From: Vulcanimicrobiota bacterium
GTDB taxonomy: Bacteria > Vulcanimicrobiota > Vulcanimicrobiia > Vulcanimicrobiales > Vulcanimicrobiaceae
DNA: 64,000 nt
Assembly (NCBI GenBank): GCA_963833095.1
Contig: CAWHWQ010000005.1
Coordinates: 320,001 to 384,000 of the forward strand
Direction of reading: 5' to 3'
Within the stretch, counting starts at the first letter, position 1; each line of letters begins with the position of its first letter. Of the stretch, positions 36,819-47,624 are shown one piece after another. The position numbers and the translations under genes were made by a program. The notes beneath the pieces were generated by a model, which saw only the letters and a program-made list of their open reading frames with translations, was not told the origin of the DNA and did not search any database.

Positions 36819-38873
36819 ATGGACATCGAGCGGCAACGCAACATCGCTTTTGTGGGCCCGCATCACGCGGGTAAGACCACGCTAGTCGAGGCCGTGCTTG
36901 CACATGGAGGCGCAATCGGGCGACGAGGATCAATTGCCGACGGTACCACCGTCACCGATCATGAACCCGAAGACATTGCGCACGCGCAATCCACGACGGT
37001 GGGCTTCGCCCACTGTTCCAGCGGCCAGGTCGACGTCACCATCCTCGACGCGCCGGGCTTCATCGACTTTTTCGAAGAGACGAAGCTTGCGTTGCGCGGT
37101 GCTGACGGTGCCGTCGTCGTGGTCGAAGCCGATCCCGCGCGCGTCGTGCAAACCAAAGCGCTGCTCGATTATCTCGAGTCGCGCACAATGCCTCACTGCT
37201 TCGTTATCAACAAGCTCGATCGGCCCGGCGCCGATTTCGAGGGGACGCTTGCGGCCTTGCAGAGCTTGTACGGACGGCACGTCGTAGCCGAGCAGTGGCC
37301 GATCTTCACGCGCTCGGCAGCGACCGAGAAAAACAGCGGATTTACGGGCTACGTCGATCTCGCCGATATGAAGACCTACACGTACGACGGCGAAAAAGAG
37401 CGCGAAGGCGCGGTCCCCGGCGACATTCTCGAGCGAGTGCGCACGGCGCACGGCGAGCTGCTCGAGGCGATGGCTGACTTCGACGACCACTTGATGGAAG
37501 AGTTGCTGGAAGGCGTTGAGCCGCCCCTCGACGAGGTCGAGCGCGATCTATGCAACGAGTGCTCGCACGACCAAATCGTTCCGGTTCTCGTCGCCGCCGG
37601 CGGGACGGGTGCCGGCGTCTCCGCTTTGATGCGCGCGCTCGAGCGCTGGTTCCCATCACCGGCAGAAGCTCCGGTTCTTGACGCGGAAGGCCGGCCGATT
37701 CCAGCCGATCCAGCGGCCGCCGTGATCGCGCACGTCATAAAAACGACGATCCATCCGCAATCCGGCAAGCTCTCGATCGTTCGCGTCGTCTCGGGCACGC
37801 TAAAATCCGACGCCACGCTCACCAATATTTCGCAGGGCGATGAGAAAGCGCGCTCGGGCGGTCTCTACCGTTTGCAGGGCAAGAAGCAAGAGGCCATTCC
37901 CGAGGCCGGGCCCGGTGCAGTCGTCGCCATCGCACGCCTCGAGTCCGTGAAGACTGGTGACGTGCTTGCCAGCAACGGGCACAAAGTGTTGCTGTCACGC
38001 GTCACGCTCAGCGAACCATGCTTCGCGATTGCGGTTAAGCCAAAGGAGCGCATCGACGAAGCCAAGATCTTTGCCATGCTCGCGCGCATCGTCGATGAGG
38101 ATCCGTCGCTGCGCTTGACGCGCGCCGAGATCACGGGCGAATTGTTGCTGCTTGGAAGCGGCGAGCAACACGTCACAATCGCCGTCGAACGGCTAGGGCG
38201 TAAGTATAAAGTCGAAGTCGAGACCGCGGCGCCGCAAATCCCGTATCAGGAGACGATCAGCGCAGGCACCGAGGTTCACTCGCGCTACAAGCATCAAACC
38301 GGTGGCCACGGACAATTCGGCGATGTCTGGCTGCGCTTCGAACCGCGTGAACGAGGTTCTGGGGTGACGTTCGAAGACAAAATCGTCGGCGGCGTCGTGC
38401 CACGTCAGTTCGTTCCGGCGGTCGAAAAAGGCGTGCGCGAGGCGCTGGCGCACGGACCGGGCGGCTATCCGGTCAGCGACGTTCACGTGACCCTCTTCGA
38501 CGGCCAATATCACGACGTCGATTCGAGCGAGCAGTCGTTCAGGACCGCGGCCAGTATGGGCGTGCGCGAGGCGCTGCCCAAATGCCATCCCGTCGTGCTC
38601 GAGCCGATCTCGCGCGTGAGCGTAACCGTGCCGACGCAGTACACCTCGACCGTAATCCAGCAACTGACCGGAAAGCGCGGGCAGATCCTTGGAATGAACC
38701 CGGCGGGGACACCGGGCTTTGACGTGGTCGAGGCCGACGTCCCACAGGTGGAGCTCTCGCGTTACATCACCGAATTGCGCACCGGTACCCAGGGACTGGG
38801 CACGTTTGCCTCTCGGCATGAGCGCTACGACCCCGTGCAAGGCAACAAGGTCGCTCCCAAAGCAACGGTCTAA
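36819..38873 (+). CDS. Elongation factor G-like protein (EF-G2 paralog)
   Basis: GPHHAGKTT, DAPG, NKLD, KHQTGGHGQFG, HDVDSSE; divergent from canonical FusA and outside a ribosomal operon. Confidence 0.9.
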   Translation: MDIERQRNIAFVGPHHAGKTTLVEAVLAHGGAIGRRGSIADGTTVTDHEPEDIAHAQSTTVGFAHCSSGQVDVTILDAPGFIDFFEETKLALRGADGAVVVVEADPARVVQTKALLDYLESRTMPHCFVINKLDRPGADFEGTLAALQSLYGRHVVAEQWPIFTRSAATEKNSGFTGYVDLADMKTYTYDGEKEREGAVPGDILERVRTAHGELLEAMADFDDHLMEELLEGVEPPLDEVERDLCNECSHDQIVPVLVAAGGTGAGVSALMRALERWFPSPAEAPVLDAEGRPIPADPAAAVIAHVIKTTIHPQSGKLSIVRVVSGTLKSDATLTNISQGDEKARSGGLYRLQGKKQEAIPEAGPGAVVAIARLESVKTGDVLASNGHKVLLSRVTLSEPCFAIAVKPKERIDEAKIFAMLARIVDEDPSLRLTRAEITGELLLLGSGEQHVTIAVERLGRKYKVEVETAAPQIPYQETISAGTEVHSRYKHQTGGHGQFGDVWLRFEPRERGSGVTFEDKIVGGVVPRQFVPAVEKGVREALAHGPGGYPVSDVHVTLFDGQYHDVDSSEQSFRTAASMGVREALPKCHPVVLEPISRVSVTVPTQYTSTVIQQLTGKRGQILGMNPAGTPGFDVVEADVPQVELSRYITELRTGTQGLGTFASRHERYDPVQGNKVAPKATV

Positions 38874-38963
38874 TATACGCTTTCGCTGAAATACCGCGGC
38901 TCGGCCCCCAGGCAGAACCCCGCGGATTCAGCGCAGCTGAATCCTGGGAGGCTTTTTCGCTTC

Positions 38964-40589
38964 GTGAAACCCCTGTTTGCCCTCGCCCTCCTCGCCGGGC
39001 TCCTTGCCGGCTGCTCGAAAGTTGCTAGCGACGCCGGGGGCGAGCACTCGTGGACGCTGCCGGGCGTCTTGCGCGTCGCGATTCAAACCGAACCGAAGAA
39101 CCTCAATCCGCTGCTGACCTCAAACACGACCGACGTGTTTATCGCGCGGTTCATGTTCCTACCCCTGATCCAGCCCAACGGAAAAGGTGTGCAGGAACCG
39201 CTCCTAGTCACCCAGGTTCCCGATACGAAAAACGGCGGCATTAGCGCCGACGGGCTTACGATCACCTATCACTTGCGCAAGGACGTGAAGTGGAGCGACG
39301 GTGTTCCATTCTCGAGCAAAGACGTCAAGTGGACCTGGCAAGCGCTCATGAACCCCAACAACAACATCGTTTCCCGGCACGGCTACGACGACATCAAGTC
39401 GATCGACACGCCCGATCCGGCGACGGTCGTCGTCCACCTCAAAGCGAAGTTTTCGCCCTTCGTCAACACCTTCTTCACTGACAGCGATCAGCCATACGGC
39501 GTCGCTCCCGAGCACGCGCTGGCAAAATATCCGAACGTCAATCAGATTCCGTTCAACAGCGAGCCGACCGTCTCGGATGGTCCGTTCCGTTTTGCCGAGT
39601 GGGTCCGTAACGATCACGTCTCGCTCGTCGCCAACAACGACTTCTTCCTAGGCAAGCCGGGACTCAAACGCATCGAGATAAAGGTCATTCCCGATGAGAA
39701 CACCTCGGTCGAGCAGCTCAGAACGCATGCGATCGACTGGATCTATCAGGCGTCGATCCATCTGTACCCGCAGGTTAAAGACATCCCCGGCGTTTCGATC
39801 GCGTGGATGCGAGTGAACGGCTACTACGACGTGCAGTTCAACACCGCGAGCCCGGCGATGAAGGACATCCGGGTGCGTCAAGCGATCGCTTACGCGCTGG
39901 ACAAACAGAATCTGGTGAATACGACGATGTACGGCCAGGAGACGGTGGCGACCGAAGACTTGCCGGACTGGATGTGGGCCTTCGATCCTCACGTGCGCTC
40001 GCTCCCCTACAACCTCGGCAAGGCGCGCCAACTCCTCACGCAAGCTGGCTACACTTCGGGCGCGGGCGGCATGCTGCAAAAGGATGGAGAGCCGCTGTCT
40101 CTGCTCTTAGTGACCAACAACTCGGACGCAACCTACAAACAGCTTGCCGTCCAGACTCAAGCGCAGCTCCACCGGATTGGGATCCAAGCGCAGATTAAGC
40201 TCTTCCCCGGGGCGCAGCTCTACGCGCCGGCTGGAGAGGGCGGCGTCTTGCAGAACGGCCACTTCGATCTCGTCGTCGACGGGTGGTATTCGGGCATCGA
40301 TCCGGATGACTCGTCGCAATTCATGTGCGCGAACGTCCCGCCGGGCGGGTACAACTACCCTCGGTATTGTAGTCCCGAGATGGATGCAGCCGAAACGATG
40401 GCACTGACCCATTACGATCAAGCCACGCGCAAGGCGGCCTACGCAAAAACGCAGGCATTGCTAGCGCACGACGTTCCGGAGATCTTCATCAACTGGTTGC
40501 GTCAAATGCACCCGATCAACGTCGACTTCAAGAATTTCGATCCGAACCCGGTCGTCGAGAACTGGAATGCATGGCAATGGACCATCTAG
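38964..40589 (+). CDS. Peptide ABC transporter substrate-binding lipoprotein (family 5)
   Basis: Lipobox LAGC; WSDGVPFSSKDVKWT; DIRVRQAIAYALD. Confidence 0.9.
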   Translation: MKPLFALALLAGLLAGCSKVASDAGGEHSWTLPGVLRVAIQTEPKNLNPLLTSNTTDVFIARFMFLPLIQPNGKGVQEPLLVTQVPDTKNGGISADGLTITYHLRKDVKWSDGVPFSSKDVKWTWQALMNPNNNIVSRHGYDDIKSIDTPDPATVVVHLKAKFSPFVNTFFTDSDQPYGVAPEHALAKYPNVNQIPFNSEPTVSDGPFRFAEWVRNDHVSLVANNDFFLGKPGLKRIEIKVIPDENTSVEQLRTHAIDWIYQASIHLYPQVKDIPGVSIAWMRVNGYYDVQFNTASPAMKDIRVRQAIAYALDKQNLVNTTMYGQETVATEDLPDWMWAFDPHVRSLPYNLGKARQLLTQAGYTSGAGGMLQKDGEPLSLLLVTNNSDATYKQLAVQTQAQLHRIGIQAQIKLFPGAQLYAPAGEGGVLQNGHFDLVVDGWYSGIDPDDSSQFMCANVPPGGYNYPRYCSPEMDAAETMALTHYDQATRKAAYAKTQALLAHDVPEIFINWLRQMHPINVDFKNFDPNPVVENWNAWQWTI

Positions 40590-40591
40590 GC

Positions 40592-41131
40592 GTGCCCAAT
40601 CAACCCGTCAGTCCGATGCCCGAACTGATCTGGCTGCGCAAAATGATCGTGGAGCGTGCGCTGACACGCGGCGACTACGTGCTTTCGGGCGGCGTTCGCA
40701 GCGACTACTATATCGACAAGTTTCGGCTGTTCTCGGATCCCCAGGTGTTGCGGCGCATCGCACGGCTGTTTGTTCCGCTCATCACCGAGGTCAATCCCGA
40801 TCTCATCGCCGGAACGGAACTCGGCGGTGTGGTGATCTCGACAGCGGTTTCGCAGATGTCCGGGCTTCCGCTGATCGCTGTTCGCAAATCACCCAAAGGC
40901 TACGGTGCGTTCGCCGACGAGTACGTCGAGGGCCCGTATGAAACCGGTCAGCGTGTCCTATTGCTCGAAGACGTCGTGACCTCGGGTCGCGAGTTGTTAG
41001 CGTCCACGGCGCGGCTCGAAGAACTGGGCCTGCACGTTACACCCTGCGCGGTCGTGAGTCGCGGCCTGGCGCCGGTACGCGCGCTGATTCAGTTCTCGCT
41101 TCCCCGCGGCGAAGCTAAGACAGAGAACTAA
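40592..41131 (+). CDS. pyrE: Orotate phosphoribosyltransferase
   Basis: LSGGVRSDYYIDK, ELGG, VRK, LLEDVVTSG PRPP motif; start uncertain. Confidence 0.8.
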   Translation: MPNQPVSPMPELIWLRKMIVERALTRGDYVLSGGVRSDYYIDKFRLFSDPQVLRRIARLFVPLITEVNPDLIAGTELGGVVISTAVSQMSGLPLIAVRKSPKGYGAFADEYVEGPYETGQRVLLLEDVVTSGRELLASTARLEELGLHVTPCAVVSRGLAPVRALIQFSLPRGEAKTEN

Positions 41132-41469
41132 GCTTCTCGTTCGCTCCGAGCGGCAGGCGAGTTCCCGCCGTGCAGCTGCCCGAATGTTCGGGCGAGCATC
41201 ACGCCCATGATGAGTGCGCCCAACCCCGCCGCGAGAACGCAATCCGTCGAACGTAGGTCGAAGTTTCCGACACGGCAGACGAGGACGTAACCGACCGCAA
41301 CGTTGAGGAAACCCCAAAGCACGTTGACCGTCGAAGAAGAGAGGCCCTTACCCGGCGGTTTCGCAAACGGGCTTTGAAAGGCATGACCCATCAAGCCGCT
41401 TACAACGTGGGGAATGCCGTTTGTTAGGAACGCGCCGCCGAAAAAGTATGCGACATACACAAGCCACAC
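41128..41469 (-). CDS. Small hypothetical membrane protein
   Basis: NGIPH...FQSPFAKPPGKGLSS...NVLWG; three TMs. Confidence 0.75.
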   Translation of the reverse strand: MWLVYVAYFFGGAFLTNGIPHVVSGLMGHAFQSPFAKPPGKGLSSSTVNVLWGFLNVAVGYVLVCRVGNFDLRSTDCVLAAGLGALIMGVMLARTFGQLHGGNSPAARSEREA

Positions 41470-41485
41470 TGTTGAAAGGTCCCCT

Positions 41486-42262
41486 TTAAATCGTTAGTTC
41501 GGTTCCATCGTCGGCGATGGCGCAAGGGCCGTGGTAGACGCTGCGCGCCGCGTCTTCTAATTCGCCCGGCGCGAATTCCGTACCGTAATGCGTGAGCACG
41601 AGCCGGCGAGCGCCGGCGCGCTGAGCCATCTCACCGGCTTCCACCGCTGAAAGATGGCCGCGCATGGGGCCGGTTTCAACGGAAAGTCCAAGCGCGGCTT
41701 CGCAAAGAAAGATGCTGCAGCCGCGCGCGAGATCTTCGACCCGCTCGCACGGCGCTGTGTCGCTCGAATAGCAGACGCTCGCGCCGTCGCGCTCGACGCG
41801 AACAGCATAGGCGTCGATGTAGTGAATGGTCTTCGCGAAGGTCACCGAGAGACGCCCAACCTCCAGCGTTTTGTTCGGATCGTACTCCGCAACCTCGAAG
41901 ACCTCGTCGAGAAAATCGTTCGGCCCTTCGCTCGAAAATGTCGCGGCGAAGGCGCGCAGTTGCCCCTCTCCTCCCGGTGGCAGCCAGATCGGCATACGAT
42001 CGTCGCGAAGCAGCGGTCCATACTTGAGACCATAGCGCAGCGGAATCAGATCGAGGAAGTGATCGGCGTGCATGTGGGTGATCACGATCCCGTCGAGATC
42101 CGGGTAGTCCATCACGATCCGAAGGTTCGCGAGCGCGCCCGTGCCCATATCGAGCAATAGGTTCGTCCCGCGTGCACGAATGAGATGGCAACTGCACGCC
42201 CGCCCGGGGCGAGGAACCGAGGCACTCGAGCCGACGACGCGCACGCGCATCGCCGCTGCCAT
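41486..42262 (-). CDS. MBL-fold hydrolase (RNase Z/ElaC/YhfI-like)
   Basis: THMHADH, YSSDT, CEA, GHL, LTH. Confidence 0.88.
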   Translation of the reverse strand: MAAAMRVRVVGSSASVPRPGRACSCHLIRARGTNLLLDMGTGALANLRIVMDYPDLDGIVITHMHADHFLDLIPLRYGLKYGPLLRDDRMPIWLPPGGEGQLRAFAATFSSEGPNDFLDEVFEVAEYDPNKTLEVGRLSVTFAKTIHYIDAYAVRVERDGASVCYSSDTAPCERVEDLARGCSIFLCEAALGLSVETGPMRGHLSAVEAGEMAQRAGARRLVLTHYGTEFAPGELEDAARSVYHGPCAIADDGTELTI

Positions 42263-42678
42263 TACGGTAGCGATGCGAGCACCTCATCGGCGTGATCGTC
42301 GACTTTGACTTTCGGCCAGACCTTGACGATCACACCCGTTCCATCGATCAAAAATGTCGCACGCGTCGTGACCCCGAGCGCAGTGTAAAGGCGAGAGTCG
42401 GTATCCGAAAGCAACATGAACGGGATCCCAAACTTCGCCTTGAATTTTTCGTGGGACGCGGGCGTGTCTCGGCTGACGCCGACGATGCGCGCACCCTTCT
42501 TCTGGAATTTTGGGTAGAGATCGCGAAACTGCGAGGCCTCGCTGGTACAGCCCGGTGTATCGTCCTTGGGATAGAAATACAGCACGAGCGGCCCGCCAAG
42601 CAGATCGGCCAGCTTCACGGGCTTACCTGCGTCATCGGCGACGGTGAGGTGTGGGAGCTTATCGCCTTGGGCCAGCAT
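42262..42678 (-). CDS. bcp: Peroxiredoxin Bcp/PrxQ
   Basis: YFYPKDDTPGCTSEA; a single Cys. Confidence 0.9.
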   Translation of the reverse strand: MLAQGDKLPHLTVADDAGKPVKLADLLGGPLVLYFYPKDDTPGCTSEASQFRDLYPKFQKKGARIVGVSRDTPASHEKFKAKFGIPFMLLSDTDSRLYTALGVTTRATFLIDGTGVIVKVWPKVKVDDHADEVLASLP

Positions 42679-42688
42679 TGCCGTCCTT

Positions 42689-44608
42689 TCAATTCGCATC
42701 GCTGAATTGGTCGAGCGGGACCATAAATAACAAGCGGTCGCCCGGTCTGACGTCCTGATCAAACTTGTGTACCGGAACGGCAACCCCTTTGCCGGCGCCC
42801 TGCTCGCGCCACACGTAAAGTGGAATCCAACGTACTTTGTATCCCGGCCGTTCCGGCGGAGCCGGGGGTGGGGCGTTTTCGGCACCCTGAAAGCGCTCGG
42901 CGAGCTGGAAAACGCGCGCGAACGGCCGGCCGGCAAAGATCGCAAATCGTCCGCGCGTACTCTCGAAGCGGGCGAGTCCGGCGATCGTCGGGGCCGTGAG
43001 TTCCGTGGTCGAAAACGAGGCGATTCCGAAGTGCCGCTTGATAGACGCTCCGAACGCGAGGTCATCGATCCGTAAGACCACGTGCATGTCAGATCGCGCG
43101 TGCTCACGCGTGCGGGTTCGCGCGCCGAGCGCGACTTCGAGGTTGGCAGTGTCGCTGTTTGTGACACCCACCAGCGCCTTGGCGCGCTCGGGCGAGCAAT
43201 AGGCGATGGTCTCGTCATTGGTCGCGTCACCGGTAAGAAGGTCGATCTTACGATCGCGAGCGAGCTCGATCAGAATCGCGTCGGGGTTGCGCTCCACGAC
43301 AACGACGTCTTCGCCCAGCTCTCGCAGATAATCGATGACGAGCGAACCGACATTGCCGGCGCCGCAGACGATCACATGACCGGCGCGGTGAATGCGCCGC
43401 AACCCGCGCGTACGGCGTAGCGTCGCTGCGTTGAGCGCCGAGGTGACTGTTGCCGTGAAGACCGCGAAGATCGTCACGCCGACGAGCATGGTGGCCATCG
43501 CTACGAGCAACGACAACGCTTGCCACGGAGGGATGTTCTGGGTCGCACAGTTCGCGCACGGTGTAATGTCGCCATAGCCCACGGTCGTCATCGTCGTCAT
43601 CACGAAATACAACGCGACGATCGGATTGATATGCAGAGCGATGGCGAAATAGATCGAGAAGACCAAATACATCACGAGGGCGACGCCGAAGACCGTACGT
43701 AAAATAGGCTCGGTTCGCTTGAGCGCGACGCGCACATCGCGCATACTCGCTCCCATCCGGCTACGCCACGAGGTTTCGCGTTTGCGCTCGCCTTGCGGCC
43801 ACGTGCGCTTGATATTCGCAATCGGGCCGAAAACGCAGACCCGCGCGTCCTCGGGAATCGGCGCGGCGAGCGTGTCGCCGTCGGCGCGATCCTCGTCGCC
43901 GTGGCAAATATACGGCGGGTTCCCGTCGATTGCCACGATACGCGCGCGCAGATGCTCCTCTGCGGCGATCACATCGAGCCCGTCGATGCCGAACTGCGCA
44001 GCGTCACGTTCGCAAAATCCGAAGAGTCCGCCGGGGGCATGTTGATCGGACTCCTGCTGATCGTGACGATGCACCGCTTTCGCGACCAGCGTTTCGAGCG
44101 TCGGAAACGGCAGCGCGTAGAAGCATGACGCATCGACCGCCGACGCGGCATAGGTTGCGGCCGCGTGCGCGGCCGGGGAGATCGCGGTGCAGTTATACTT
44201 CAACCCCTCTTGGATCTTGTGACCCAGCACGGGATTGAATTGGCGAATCGTTACGCGAGTGCGCTCGTTGATGTCGCGTGCAATCAGAGCGACGCGCAGG
44301 TTCAACCGGTCGTCTTGCGATACCGCGACGATGCAGAAATTCGGCTGCTCCGCTCGCGAGCCGGCCGGTTCGAGGCCCGCCTCACGCAGGCTTGCGGATT
44401 CTGCCGGGTCAAGGGCGTAATGGAAGAACGTCCCGGGAAACTCCGCGCGAAATTTCGCGACGGTTTGGGCGAGCAGATTCGCTGCCCGCTCCTCCTCGTG
44501 CTTCCAGACCAGGGCAACGCGCTGCCCAGCCGTCTTTAAAATCTCGCGGCAGATTTCGTAGGCCAGGTAGTCACCGCCGACGACGATAATGAGCGTCTCG
44601 GTCGCCAT
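42689..44608 (-). CDS. Potassium channel protein with TrkA-N/RCK domains
   Basis: TTVGYGD selectivity filter; VCGAGNVG RCK domain; N-terminal RCK-like domain. Confidence 0.85.
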   Translation of the reverse strand: MATETLIIVVGGDYLAYEICREILKTAGQRVALVWKHEEERAANLLAQTVAKFRAEFPGTFFHYALDPAESASLREAGLEPAGSRAEQPNFCIVAVSQDDRLNLRVALIARDINERTRVTIRQFNPVLGHKIQEGLKYNCTAISPAAHAAATYAASAVDASCFYALPFPTLETLVAKAVHRHDQQESDQHAPGGLFGFCERDAAQFGIDGLDVIAAEEHLRARIVAIDGNPPYICHGDEDRADGDTLAAPIPEDARVCVFGPIANIKRTWPQGERKRETSWRSRMGASMRDVRVALKRTEPILRTVFGVALVMYLVFSIYFAIALHINPIVALYFVMTTMTTVGYGDITPCANCATQNIPPWQALSLLVAMATMLVGVTIFAVFTATVTSALNAATLRRTRGLRRIHRAGHVIVCGAGNVGSLVIDYLRELGEDVVVVERNPDAILIELARDRKIDLLTGDATNDETIAYCSPERAKALVGVTNSDTANLEVALGARTRTREHARSDMHVVLRIDDLAFGASIKRHFGIASFSTTELTAPTIAGLARFESTRGRFAIFAGRPFARVFQLAERFQGAENAPPPAPPERPGYKVRWIPLYVWREQGAGKGVAVPVHKFDQDVRPGDRLLFMVPLDQFSDAN

Positions 44609-44610
44609 AG

Positions 44611-45174
44611 ATGTCACCCGTTTCGCCAGAGCCTGCCCGCCGCCCGCCGCATCCCCTCGCACTCGACCTCATCGAGCGCCTGGCGGACCGCCCCGGCGCG
44701 CGCGTGCTCGAAGTGGGGGCGGGAAGCGGACGCAACACACGCGCGCTGGAGACCGCGGGATTCGCGGTCTGTACGCTACCGCTGCAGGAGGCGTGCGCGG
44801 CGGGACTTACGACCCATGCATTGCTCCATGGGACGCCGCAATCCATCAGCGACCGACTGTCCGCAATCGCGCACGCGCTCGAACCCGGCGCCCCGCTCTT
44901 TGCGACGTTCGGATCCGTTCGCGATGCGCGGTACGGCGTAGGTGAAGCGCATGAAGCGCACGTCTACGCGTCGCGTGAAGGCGACGAGATCGGCATCGCG
45001 CATGCGTATTTCGACCGGGAACGCTTGCGCGCGCTCCTCGCGCCCCATTTCACCATTGAGTCGATGCGCGAAGTCGACGTCGACGAGGTCGCCGGGACGT
45101 GGGCGCACACGAGCGCACCGCTACGCGGCGCAGTGCATTGGTTCGTCGTCGCGACCGCGCGACTCTGTCAATAG
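44611..45174 (+). CDS. Class I SAM-dependent methyltransferase
   Basis: VLEVGAGSGRN motif I. Confidence 0.75.
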   Translation: MSPVSPEPARRPPHPLALDLIERLADRPGARVLEVGAGSGRNTRALETAGFAVCTLPLQEACAAGLTTHALLHGTPQSISDRLSAIAHALEPGAPLFATFGSVRDARYGVGEAHEAHVYASREGDEIGIAHAYFDRERLRALLAPHFTIESMREVDVDEVAGTWAHTSAPLRGAVHWFVVATARLCQ

Positions 45175-45488
45175 CGCGCGAGCGTCGGCTCGATGTGCTC
45201 CGCGTAGGCGTCGATGCCGCCTGCCACATTGACGACGTTCGAAAAGCCGCGCGCAGCGAGGAATCCGGCGACGCGCTCGCTCCGGCCGCCATGATGACAC
45301 ATGACGGCGATCGGAACCCCCGGATCGAGCTCACCGATGCGATGCGGAATTTCGGCCAGAGGAATCCAAACCGAACCGCCGACGCGCGCGGTAGCGACTT
45401 CATCGGGCTCGCGCACATCGAGCAGCACGAAGTCCTTGCCTTGGTCGCGCCAGTTCGCCAGATCGTGCACGCTGATCTCCGGAATCAT
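45168..45488 (-). CDS. Rhodanese-like sulfurtransferase
   Basis: [21 protein letters not shown]. Confidence 0.9.
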   Translation of the reverse strand: MIPEISVHDLANWRDQGKDFVLLDVREPDEVATARVGGSVWIPLAEIPHRIGELDPGVPIAVMCHHGGRSERVAGFLAARGFSNVVNVAGGIDAYAEHIEPTLARY

Positions 45489-46273
45489 GCGCCTTTGGTT
45501 CCGATCAGATCGCGCATCGGACTTGAAGCATTCGCGTAGAGCCGCTTTTCCATTCGTCCCGCGAGGAACGCCTCGCGCCCGGCGATAACCGCGTGGCGCA
45601 TAGCACTCGCCATGCGCACGGGATCCTTGGCGGCGGCGATACCCGTGTTCATCAGCAGCGCATCGACGCCAAGCTCCATCGCGATCGCCGCGTCGCTTGC
45701 GGTGCCGACGCCCGCGTCGACGATCACCGGTACCTTTGCACGTTCCTTGATGATCGCAATCGTGTAGGGATTGCAGACACCCAGGCCGCTACCGATGGGC
45801 GCGGCCAGCGGCATCACGGCGGCGCAGCCCAGTTCCTCGAGTTGCTTGCAAACCACCGGATCGTCTCCGACGTACGGAAGAACCGTAAACCCGTCATTGA
45901 CGAGTTGCTCGGCGGCGTCGAGCGTACCGCGCGCATCGGGGTGAAGGGTCTGCGCGTCACCGATCACCTCGAGTTTGATGAGATCGGTCTCGAGCAGCTC
46001 CCGCGCGAGCTGAGCGGTCAGCACTGCATCTTTCGCGTTGTAGCACCCGGCGGTATTGGGAAGAATGCGAAACTTCGAGCGATCGATGAAATCCAACATC
46101 GTTTTCCCGCTGGCATCGTCGAGACTGATCCGGCGGATCGCAACGGTGATCATCTGCGCGCCGCTGGCTTCGTGGGCCGCCTGCATGACCTCCATCGAGG
46201 GATATTTCCCCGTCCCAACGATCAGTCGCGACGTGAACTCGTAGGCACCGATTCGCAAAATAGCATCACTCAT
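45485..46273 (-). CDS. thiG: Thiazole synthase
   Basis: [32 protein letters not shown]. Confidence 0.96.
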   Translation of the reverse strand: MSDAILRIGAYEFTSRLIVGTGKYPSMEVMQAAHEASGAQMITVAIRRISLDDASGKTMLDFIDRSKFRILPNTAGCYNAKDAVLTAQLARELLETDLIKLEVIGDAQTLHPDARGTLDAAEQLVNDGFTVLPYVGDDPVVCKQLEELGCAAVMPLAAPIGSGLGVCNPYTIAIIKERAKVPVIVDAGVGTASDAAIAMELGVDALLMNTGIAAAKDPVRMASAMRHAVIAGREAFLAGRMEKRLYANASSPMRDLIGTKGA

Positions 46274-46284
46274 GTTCGTGCCCT

Positions 46285-46485
46285 TTACCCACCAGCGACC
46301 GCTTTGATGATCTCGACCGTGTCGCCGTCAGCGATTTCGATCGCGTCGTATTCGCCGCGCCGAACCACGCGATCGTTCTTTGCAACCGCGATTCCTGAGC
46401 GCAGAACCCCCAACCGTTCGAGCAAGCTCGACACGGTTGTACCGCTGGGAAGGTCGCACGACTCGCCATTGACCGTCGCTTTCAC
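46285..46485 (-). CDS. thiS: Sulfur carrier protein ThiS
   Basis: VKATVNG...C-terminal VAGG; between thiO and thiG. Confidence 0.93.
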   Translation of the reverse strand: MKATVNGESCDLPSGTTVSSLLERLGVLRSGIAVAKNDRVVRRGEYDAIEIADGDTVEIIKAVAGG

Positions 46486-47624
46486 GCATGGATGATTCGG
46501 CCCGCACTCCCCGCCATCCTCAAGGGCGAGAACGCTTGTAACGGCGTTGCGTCGCCGGTTTCGACAAAACTCGCAATCATCTCGGCGGTTTCGGGAGCTA
46601 GCAGAATGCCGTTGCGGTAGTGACCGGTCGCGAGCAACAAGCCCTCGATTGTGGTGGGGCCGATGAACGGACGCCCGTCTGGGGTCCCAGGTCGTAGCCC
46701 CGCCCACGATTCGGTGACCGTAAAAGCCCCAAGCGACGGTGCTGCGGCGAGCGCGGCATCCAGAAGCGCGCGAACGGCGTTCGCGGTCACGCGCTCATCG
46801 AATCCCGCATCCTCGACGGTCGCACCCACCAGCAGCCTGCCGTCGTCACGCGGCACCAGGTAGGCGCCGGGAACCCACGTGGCGCGCCGCAGGAGCCCGG
46901 CCGGTGCTCCCAGCGCCAGCATCTGGCCCTTGACGGGCTTGACCGGGGGCCGGGCTGATGCCGGAAGACCGGGCACGTTCGCCGCCCAGGCGCCCGCTGC
47001 GTTGATCACGACCGAAGCGGATGCAAAGCCGAGTTCGCTGCGCACCCCCAGAACGCGCCGCTCATCACACTCCACGCCGAGCTCGCCAACCGGCGCGTGC
47101 ACGACGACCCCGCGCGAACGCGCGGCGGCGAGCAGGGCTCGGCCCAGCCGGCGATTATCGACGCATCCCTGGCCCTGCACCAGGAGTGCGCCGGCGACGT
47201 GTTTGCCAAGCACCGGTTCCGCGATCAGCGACGCGCGACGATCGAGCATCTCGCACGGAACGCCGCGCGTCGTGAGCTCGCGCGCGAACGCTTCGAACGC
47301 GGCAAGCTGTTGCGCGTCAAACGCCGCTTCGATGATGCCGTCCAGCGAAAGCTCGACACGTAAGCCGCTCGCTTCGCTCACGCGCTCGACAAACGCCGGA
47401 TAGCGTTCGAGTGAACGGCAGCATAATTCCAACAACGCTTCGTCATCGATGTGCTCGGCATACGGCGCGAGCATACCCGCACCGGCCCAAGACGCCCCGT
47501 GTCCGGGCTCACCGCGATCGTAGACGCGCACCGTCGCACCGCGTTGCGCGAGCTCGAAGGCGATCGACAGGCCGATCAGTCCGCCGCCGACGACGATAAC
47601 ATCGCCATCGAGTAGATGCTTCAC
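46482..47624 (-). CDS. thiO: Glycine oxidase ThiO
   Basis: GGGLIG, AGAGML, PVKGQ, GLRP, GHYRNGILLAP; GTG overlaps the upstream TAG. Confidence 0.92.
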   Translation of the reverse strand: MKHLLDGDVIVVGGGLIGLSIAFELAQRGATVRVYDRGEPGHGASWAGAGMLAPYAEHIDDEALLELCCRSLERYPAFVERVSEASGLRVELSLDGIIEAAFDAQQLAAFEAFARELTTRGVPCEMLDRRASLIAEPVLGKHVAGALLVQGQGCVDNRRLGRALLAAARSRGVVVHAPVGELGVECDERRVLGVRSELGFASASVVINAAGAWAANVPGLPASARPPVKPVKGQMLALGAPAGLLRRATWVPGAYLVPRDDGRLLVGATVEDAGFDERVTANAVRALLDAALAAAPSLGAFTVTESWAGLRPGTPDGRPFIGPTTIEGLLLATGHYRNGILLAPETAEMIASFVETGDATPLQAFSPLRMAGSAGRIIHA

